From IMG/VR virus record IMGVR_UViG_3300031576_000178, positions 1 through 38,090 of that record: a DNA stretch of 38,090 bases; one strand, written 5' to 3'. Of this stretch, positions 32,708 to 38,090 are shown in pieces. The position numbers and the translations under genes are program-made. The notes beneath the pieces are model-generated. The model was not told the origin of the DNA. It saw only the letters and a program-made list of their open reading frames with translations, and did no database searches. Each line of letters begins with the position of its first letter. The stretch's first letter is position 1. The DNA is from a virus. Taxonomy: Duplodnaviria > Caudoviricetes.

Positions 32708-34614
32708 CGCTTGCTCTTCGCTTTCCTGACCTTGACCACGCTCTTCATTTTGACGGTCGCGGGTTTCGCCGCTGCCGCCCTTTCCGCCTTGGCCGCTTTT
32801 GCTATCGCTGACAACCATCCCCGCTCCGTGGTCTTGCGTGCAGCCTCGCCGCAGTGCGGGCACGTCACGTCCTTGACCTGCTTGCCATCCATCGTTAGAG
32901 ACCAGCCCGATTCCAAATCCTTCTTGCTCAGCTTGCGCTGATTGCCGCCGGCGAATGCGCCGCAGTGATGGCAGTTGTATTCGGTCGTGTGGACCGGCGG
33001 TTTGTCCCAGCCAGTGGGCAGCTTCACGTCGAAGCCGCGCTTTCTATCCCCGTACACACCCCGACTCGGCTCCGAAGACGCCAGCGCGGCCAGTCGCTCT
33101 GTGACTGTCTTCCAGCAATTCGTCGCGTTCGGCCCGGCCCACGGCAGCGCGTGTTCAAAGACTTCGGCGGCCACCAACTGCCGGCGGCGCGTCGGGTCGC
33201 CACCGGTGATGATGGCCCCTTGCTTCTCCAGTGCGTCGTACCAATCCAGCAGACCATAGAATCTGGACGCCTGCTGGCGGTTCTGGCGGTTGCTGTGGAG
33301 CAAACGGCCGACCACATACGCCAGCACGCCGCCGCTGATGGCGAGTTGATCGCCGACGATCTGGGCGTAATTCTTCACCAGCCAGATCACGTCCTGCTCG
33401 ACGCGCTGCCGGGCCGCGCGCTCCAGGCGGCGTTCTTCGCGCAACTCTTCGTATTGCAACCTTTGCTTTTCGATCTGCGCGGCGGTCGGTGGCTTGGCGC
33501 CGCTCGTCGCCGCCCTCCCCTGGGTCGCTGGCGCGCCGGCGGTCAGGAAGGCCCGCACCGCGGTCGCGTTCACGCTGGCCAGGGCGAGATGGTCGGAGCC
33601 GAACACGTTGCGCGCCCAGTACGGGGCGTGCTCGACCGCGACGAGGCGCAGGCCCAGGGCGGGATTCTTTTGGGCGGCGCTCACCAGCTTGCGCGCGCTG
33701 GCCTCGTAGCGGTAATCGTGGCGGTCGTACAGCGCCACGGCCTTTTCATCCGGCCCGGCGGCGGGAAGGCCCAGACGTTCGCTCGTGCGCGCGAGTAACT
33801 CGCTCAGGAAGCGAGCCTGCTTGAGATCGAAGCAACCCGGCTGGGTGCAGTAGTCGCCGTGCTCGTCGCTGTGGAACAACGCCGGGCAACCGGCGCAGGC
33901 GCGCAGCTCGGCGGGTTGGCCGTTCGCCGGGTGCTCGACCGGGACGGGCGTGGTGAGCCACTGGAGATCAAAGGCCGCGTCGAGCAGATCGCGGCCTTGA
34001 GTTTTCAGGACGTAGGCCATGTGCTTGGTGAAGGTGTCCTGGCGCGCGGGCGCGGGCGCCTCGGCGATGGCCTGCGCGATGCGTTCCGCGTCTTTGGGTG
34101 CGAACTCGGACAGGCCGACTAACTGCCGGGCGAAGCGCTCGGGCAGCTCGCCGGCCTCGACCGAGGCCTGCACGGGCTTGGGCAGCTTCAGGAGCTTGAG
34201 CAGGTTCGAGACGCTGGCCTGATCCCGATAGCCGAAGCGCTTCCCCGCGTCCGCCTGGGTCAGGTTGAAGGGCGGGGAGGTGAGACGCTGGAGCGCCCGG
34301 GCCTTATCGAGCGCGGTCGGGGTGCGGCGCTGGAAGTTCTCGACGATGGCGAAGTCGGCCAGCTCCAGATCGGTGAGCGGGCGGACGTCGACGGCCATCG
34401 TCGGCTGGCCGAGGGCGGCCAGGGCGGCGCGCCGGTGGTGGCCGAAGGCCAGCTGCACGTGGCCGGGTTGATCGGGGTGCGGGCGCGCCAGGCCGGGCTG
34501 GAGCTGGGTATGCTCGCGCAGGTCGGCGGCCAACGCGGCGACGTGGGCCGGGTCAATGGGCCACATCTGGTACGGGTTGAGGTGGATTTTGTCGAGCGGG
34601 ATGTCGGTGGACAT
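32704..34614 (-). CDS. ParB/RepB/Spo0J-family protein with long Cys-containing C-terminal extension
   Basis: IPLDKIHLNPYQ, QLQP, LAFGHHRRAA, IVENFQR, HTH TQADAGKRFG...VSNLLKLLKLP. Confidence 0.9.
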   Translation of the reverse strand: MSTDIPLDKIHLNPYQMWPIDPAHVAALAADLREHTQLQPGLARPHPDQPGHVQLAFGHHRRAALAALGQPTMAVDVRPLTDLELADFAIVENFQRRTPTALDKARALQRLTSPPFNLTQADAGKRFGYRDQASVSNLLKLLKLPKPVQASVEAGELPERFARQLVGLSEFAPKDAERIAQAIAEAPAPARQDTFTKHMAYVLKTQGRDLLDAAFDLQWLTTPVPVEHPANGQPAELRACAGCPALFHSDEHGDYCTQPGCFDLKQARFLSELLARTSERLGLPAAGPDEKAVALYDRHDYRYEASARKLVSAAQKNPALGLRLVAVEHAPYWARNVFGSDHLALASVNATAVRAFLTAGAPATQGRAATSGAKPPTAAQIEKQRLQYEELREERRLERAARQRVEQDVIWLVKNYAQIVGDQLAISGGVLAYVVGRLLHSNRQNRQQASRFYGLLDWYDALEKQGAIITGGDPTRRRQLVAAEVFEHALPWAGPNATNCWKTVTERLAALASSEPSRGVYGDRKRGFDVKLPTGWDKPPVHTTEYNCHHCGAFAGGNQRKLSKKDLESGWSLTMDGKQVKDVTCPHCGEAARKTTERGWLSAIAKAAKAERAAAAKPATVKMKSVVKVRKAKSKR

Positions 34615-34701
34615 GCTGAGCCTTTCTATTCGCCGTGCGGGGGGGGGGGCCGCAATACAAGCAACGGCCGCCCCCCGCCAGCGGCAGGGCGATGAAGCAT
34701 T

Positions 34702-35097
34702 TCACGCAGTAACGCCGGCGTGCTCCTTGAGGAGGTGCTGGTTGAGCCAGCCGATGTTTTTGAACTTCCGCTTGCAACGCGGGCACGGGTGGTTCCGCGG
34801 TCCGCCGGCCGCGGACGATTTGGCCGCACCAGAAGGCGCGGCTAATGCTTTTGGGGCGCTCTGGGCCGAGGGCTTGATTGGGATCGGCTCTGCGCCATTC
34901 ACGGTCTGGCCGGTGTCGTGCGCGTAGATCACGCTGACCGCGGCGACGGCGGCCAGGTGAGCGGCGATGCGGGTGGGCTGGAGATCGGCGCCGTCGTAGA
35001 GCGGCGTCAGCCCCTGGAGGGCTTCGTATTCGAGCAGCGGGGCGAGGCCCTCGATGAGTGTGTTGATGGCGCGGGTGCGTGGGTCGATGGGCAACAT
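34702..35097 (-). CDS. Protein with C-terminal classical C2H2 zinc finger
   Basis: HPCPRCKRKFKNIGWLNQHLLKEH (C-x2-C-x3-F-x5-L-x2-H-x4-H). Confidence 0.75.
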   Translation of the reverse strand: MLPIDPRTRAINTLIEGLAPLLEYEALQGLTPLYDGADLQPTRIAAHLAAVAAVSVIYAHDTGQTVNGAEPIPIKPSAQSAPKALAAPSGAAKSSAAGGPRNHPCPRCKRKFKNIGWLNQHLLKEHAGVTA

Positions 35098-35099
35098 GG

Positions 35100-35996
35100 T
35101 TATTCCTTTTCGGGGGGAGAGTCGGGGGCGTTCAACGGGTCGGCCCGGCAGTCGGGCAGGTGGTAGCCGCCACTGATGCCGCAGACGGGGCAGACGGTCG
35201 GGTCGGCGGCCTCGACCGGGCAGCGCTCGCCGTCGTGGAGGCGTTTGCAGACCAGGAATGGGAACCCGGCGGGCTTGATCGACTTGCCGGCCGACGAGGC
35301 TTTGTACGTCACCCAGCGATTGATCTCCTCCAGCAGGGTGGGGGCGTCCCAGGGCGAGGCGGCCACGGCCAGTTCCGCGTGGCGGCGGGGCGCGCCGGTT
35401 TTCTCGACCAGGTGCTGGACGGCCCGGCGCAGGTCGGGCGGGAAGGGGTCGTCCTCGACCGGGCGGTCCCGGCCTTTGCGGCCCAGGGCGGCCAGGATGG
35501 CGGCCAGGCGCCTGGGATTTTTGGGGTCGTCGGGAATTAACTGACTTCTGGAGGCAACAAACTCGTCCGTATTATTGTTAGTATTTAAAGGACCTAGAGG
35601 ACCTTTTAGATCACTAATACTAATACTTGGGGGTTTGTTGCCCTCTGTGGTCAATGAATCTTCTGTCAACGCCGGGGAGTCGGGGGGCGCGGGTATTTCC
35701 GCTGCATTGCCCGGGGGCAAACCCAACGACTCGCCCAGCAACAGTTGATGCCCGCCGCGCGACAGGTAGTACCAACTCTCGACCTGCACCACATAGCCCC
35801 GGCTCGTGAGGGCGTCTATATAGCGGCCCGTCTGGTGCTCGCCAATGCTCAGGAAGCTGGCGAGCTGGCGTTTTTGCACGCGCGTGTTAAGCGTGTGCAT
35901 CAACACCAGGATGGTGAGAGGCCAACCCTTGATGGCTAGCACCTTCTCGACCTGAGTGGTGAGGAGCGGGAGGGGGGCTTTGGAGCGGGCCATCAC
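35100..35996 (-). CDS. Probable replication initiator (N-terminal winged HTH, low-complexity linker, helical C-terminal domain, CxxC tail)
   Basis: KRQLASFLSIGEHQTGRYIDALTSRGYV wHTH; AT-rich linker DNA as in lambda O-type genes. Confidence 0.65.
   Translation of the reverse strand: MMARSKAPLPLLTTQVEKVLAIKGWPLTILVLMHTLNTRVQKRQLASFLSIGEHQTGRYIDALTSRGYVVQVESWYYLSRGGHQLLLGESLGLPPGNAAEIPAPPDSPALTEDSLTTEGNKPPSISISDLKGPLGPLNTNNNTDEFVASRSQLIPDDPKNPRRLAAILAALGRKGRDRPVEDDPFPPDLRRAVQHLVEKTGAPRRHAELAVAASPWDAPTLLEEINRWVTYKASSAGKSIKPAGFPFLVCKRLHDGERCPVEAADPTVCPVCGISGGYHLPDCRADPLNAPDSPPEKE
35565..35630. other. Probable replication origin (AT-rich patch inside the initiator gene)
   Basis: TATTATTGTTAGTATTTAAA, AGGACCT x2, CTAATA x2 in an otherwise GC-rich genome. 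Confidence 0.5.
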
Positions 35997-36274
35997 CCGA
36001 TCTCACGCACGCTCGCCTGGTCGGCCGGGATCAGGTAGCCGTTCGAGATCAGGTCGCGGAGCACCTGCTCCCGGTCCAGGCCCCGGCGGGCCGCCAGGCG
36101 CTCGCCCAGGTTGGCCAACTCGCCCAGCGTGAGCCGCTCGACATCCAGCCAGAAGACGCGCTGGCGGTCCACGATCTGCGGATAGAAACCGGTCACCGGC
36201 ACGGCGTCGGGGTCGAGCACGCCGTCCAGTTCGGCTCTGGCCGGGCCCGCGTGCAGGGCGGCGACGAAGCTCAT
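35993..36274 (-). CDS. Hypothetical protein
   Basis: GGAG RBS; ATGA overlap. Confidence 0.6.
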   Translation of the reverse strand: MSFVAALHAGPARAELDGVLDPDAVPVTGFYPQIVDRQRVFWLDVERLTLGELANLGERLAARRGLDREQVLRDLISNGYLIPADQASVREIG

Positions 36275-36381
36275 CGGCTCCACCAGCCCAGGATCAGGCC
36301 GACCAGGAACGCGGCGGCCGGGATGAGCAGGATGTCGCCGAAGAACCAGATGGAGTATTCGACCAGGAAGCGGCGCAGCAT
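36271..36381 (-). CDS. 36-aa single-TM peptide
   Basis: GGGAG RBS; hydrophobic ILLIPAAAFLVGLILGWW; coupled to neighbours. Confidence 0.5.
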   Translation of the reverse strand: MLRRFLVEYSIWFFGDILLIPAAAFLVGLILGWWSR

Positions 36382-36383
36382 GG

Positions 36384-36623
36384 CTAGGACTCCCGGAGCG
36401 CGTTGCGCTCGGCGCGCTTGATGGCCCGCATGAGCTCCAGGCGCACGTCGTCCTTCCCCAGGACGGGGCCCCACGCGGTGTTGAGGACGTCCAGCGCGGC
36501 GCGGCAAGCGGCCAGCAGGCTGGGGGCTTCGTCTGACAGGTGCGGGTATTGGGTGCGCATGCGGTCGAGCAGGACGAGCTCGAGGGACGGCTGTCGGGAG
36601 GGGTGTTCGGCGATGGCGGGCAT
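36384..36623 (-). CDS. Hypothetical early protein
   Basis: GAAAGGA RBS; APSLLAAC..AL...AIKRAE motif common in small phage proteins. Confidence 0.65.
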   Translation of the reverse strand: MPAIAEHPSRQPSLELVLLDRMRTQYPHLSDEAPSLLAACRAALDVLNTAWGPVLGKDDVRLELMRAIKRAERNALRES

Positions 36624-36648
36624 AGATCGTTTCCTTTCGTTAAGACGA

Positions 36649-36677
36649 TTGACAACACGACGACTCAGGGATACAGT
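36649..36677 (+). promoter_or_regulatory. Sigma70-type promoter facing the integrase
   Basis: TTGACA-17-TACAGT. Confidence 0.7.
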
Positions 36678-36682
36678 GATCG

Positions 36683-36829
36683 GGAGGGCGGGCCGGGCCG
36701 GAGTGGGCCTGGTTCTCCTGTTCGGCGCAGGTCCGCCGGTGCAACGGCGGGCCAGGCGCACCTTGCGAGAGCGCCGGTTCGGTTTAGGGCGGCGCGGATT
36801 CATTCGGAGTCCGTGGCCGCTTTTTGTTT
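36683..36829 (+). ncRNA. Candidate ~145-nt structured small RNA or integrase leader ending in an intrinsic terminator
   Basis: Promoter upstream; several stems; terminator GCGGCGCGGATTC-ATTCG-GAGTCCGTGGCCGC-TTTTTGTTT (36789-36829). Confidence 0.55.
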
Positions 36830-36892
36830 CCCTCACGGGAGGCCTGCTAGCCAGGCATGAAGCTTGCAAGCTGAGGCGGTCACGGGGAAAGG

Positions 36893-37783
36893 GTGAACAT
36901 GAGCGACTCGATTGCGACCTGGTTGAAATGGCTGATCAATCGGGAGCACAGCCCGGCCACGGTGCGGGCTTACCGCGACGAGATGGGGTGGCTGATGGGT
37001 TGGGCGGCCCGGCAATCGCCCCCGATCACCGAGTCAGAGACCATTCAATCCGGGGACCTGCTGTCCTATCAAGCCGAGCGGGCCGCGCTCTCGGGGTCGG
37101 CGCGCAAGCGCAGCGTGGCCGCGTTTCGTTCGTTCTACGGCTACCTCCGGCCCAATGACTCGCCGGCCCAGGCCCTGCCCTACCCCCGAGTCAAGCGCCG
37201 CCAACAACGGCATCCCGGCCCGGACGACGTGCTCCGCGTGATGGCGGTGTGCGATTCGTCGCCGCGCGGGGTGCGCGACCTGGCCCTCCTGGCGCTGATG
37301 TACGACACGGGCCTGCGCAATTCGGAAGTGTGCCGGCTGAAGCTGAACGACGTGGACGTGATCGGCCTGCGGCTGGCGGTGCGGGTCAAGGGGGGCGACG
37401 AGCACGAGCGCTACTTCGTCGAGGAGACGGCGGCCTGTCTGGGGAATTGGTTGGCCGCGCGCGCCGTTATCGCCAAGCCCGATTGCGGCACGTTCTTTTG
37501 CTCGGTGAGTAAAAACCGTCTGGGCGGACAAACCCTCACGCCCGAGGGAATGCGGGCGATCTTTCGCTACATCGGGCGGCGGGCCGGGCTGGAGACGAAG
37601 TTCTCGCCGCACGACATGCGCCGGGCCCTGGCGCGCTCGATGCACGAGCAGGGCGCCAGCCAGGAAACCGGGATGGCGGCGGGCGGCTGGACGGACGCCA
37701 CGGTGTATCGGGGCTACATCGGCGACGTGCGCGGGGAGATGGTGCGGCGCTTCAGCCCGATGAAGTTCCTGATGGGGCGGTGA
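36893..37783 (+). CDS. int: Tyrosine integrase/recombinase
   Basis: SPATVRAY N-terminal domain; RDLALL..MYDTGLRNSE, KGG, HDMRR, GGW, catalytic Tyr in YRGY; start may be ATG 36899. Confidence 0.95.
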   Translation: MNMSDSIATWLKWLINREHSPATVRAYRDEMGWLMGWAARQSPPITESETIQSGDLLSYQAERAALSGSARKRSVAAFRSFYGYLRPNDSPAQALPYPRVKRRQQRHPGPDDVLRVMAVCDSSPRGVRDLALLALMYDTGLRNSEVCRLKLNDVDVIGLRLAVRVKGGDEHERYFVEETAACLGNWLAARAVIAKPDCGTFFCSVSKNRLGGQTLTPEGMRAIFRYIGRRAGLETKFSPHDMRRALARSMHEQGASQETGMAAGGWTDATVYRGYIGDVRGEMVRRFSPMKFLMGR

Positions 37784-37963
37784 AGGCAACCGGGTGGTAG
37801 AGGCCCTGGCCCGGCCGGGTCCCCACCGCCCGGCCGGGCCGAGGGGATGTGCCCACCCCATCGCCAAGGGTGTGGAGGCCCTACGCCTCGCACCCATCGC
37901 CGAAGGCAGGGGGACCCCGGCGACAGCTCGCGCCAGTCGCGGGTGGGGCAGGCACGGCGGCAT

Positions 37964-38090
37964 TAGCCGAGCGGCATAAGAGCACGCCGGGTTAGAGCGT
38001 GGTTGCCTAGGTGCGGGGAAGAGTCGAACAGTAAACCACGAGTTACCGGTTTAACTCGGCGGGTGATTTGAAACCCTAACACTTGGTTGG
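37964..38090 (+). repeat. 127-nt terminal direct repeat of positions 1-127 (circular assembly overlap)
   Basis: Identical to 1-127 (TAGCCGAGCGGC...ACTTGGTTGG); 127 is a common assembler k-mer size. Confidence 0.95.

Larger units (their letters stand above)
1..37963. mobile_element. Complete temperate tailed phage genome (circular assembly), probably short-tailed (podovirus-like)
   Basis: 127-nt end overlap; integrase plus tRNA-like attP; terminase, portal, capsid and tail modules; no tape measure or sheath recognised. Confidence 0.93.

Noticed and set aside
37964-38090. Terminal repeat as a biological direct terminal repeat
   Set aside because: Exactly 127 nt and it cuts through the attP tRNA fragment; typical k-mer overlap of a circular contig

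Overview
The window is a complete, circularly assembled temperate tailed-phage genome of about 37,963 bp; the last 127 nt (37964-38090) repeat positions 1-127. It is high-GC. The host is tentatively Chloroflexota-like, which is my inference from protein styles, not a search result. Layout: tyrosine integrase (36893-37783) followed across the junction by a tRNA 3'-half (probable attP); a small HTH gene, an Excalibur-domain membrane moron and an HNH nuclease; a rightward late arm (holin-like gene, DUF2292/YezD-like gene, TerS, TerL, portal, a 3008-aa polyvalent protein with HEXXH metallopeptidase and C-terminal lytic transglycosylase, scaffold, capsid, cement, short-tail genes, Vsr/DUF559-like nuclease); and a leftward early arm (replication initiator with AT-rich ori, C2H2 zinc-finger protein, large ParB). 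I recognise no CI repressor, stand-alone endolysin or tape measure. The most unusual signals are non-coding. (1) Two late promoters carry a 26/29-identical leader at the same offset that can fold as an alternative to a long intrinsic terminator, which suggests an undescribed antitermination or riboswitch element. (2) A dispersed family of about 7 REP-like palindromes has fixed outer arms and a swappable or invertible inner hairpin, mostly sitting in frame inside genes. (3) A promoter-to-terminator structured small RNA lies upstream of the integrase. (4) A local array of GAGGGGGCA motifs follows the portal gene.
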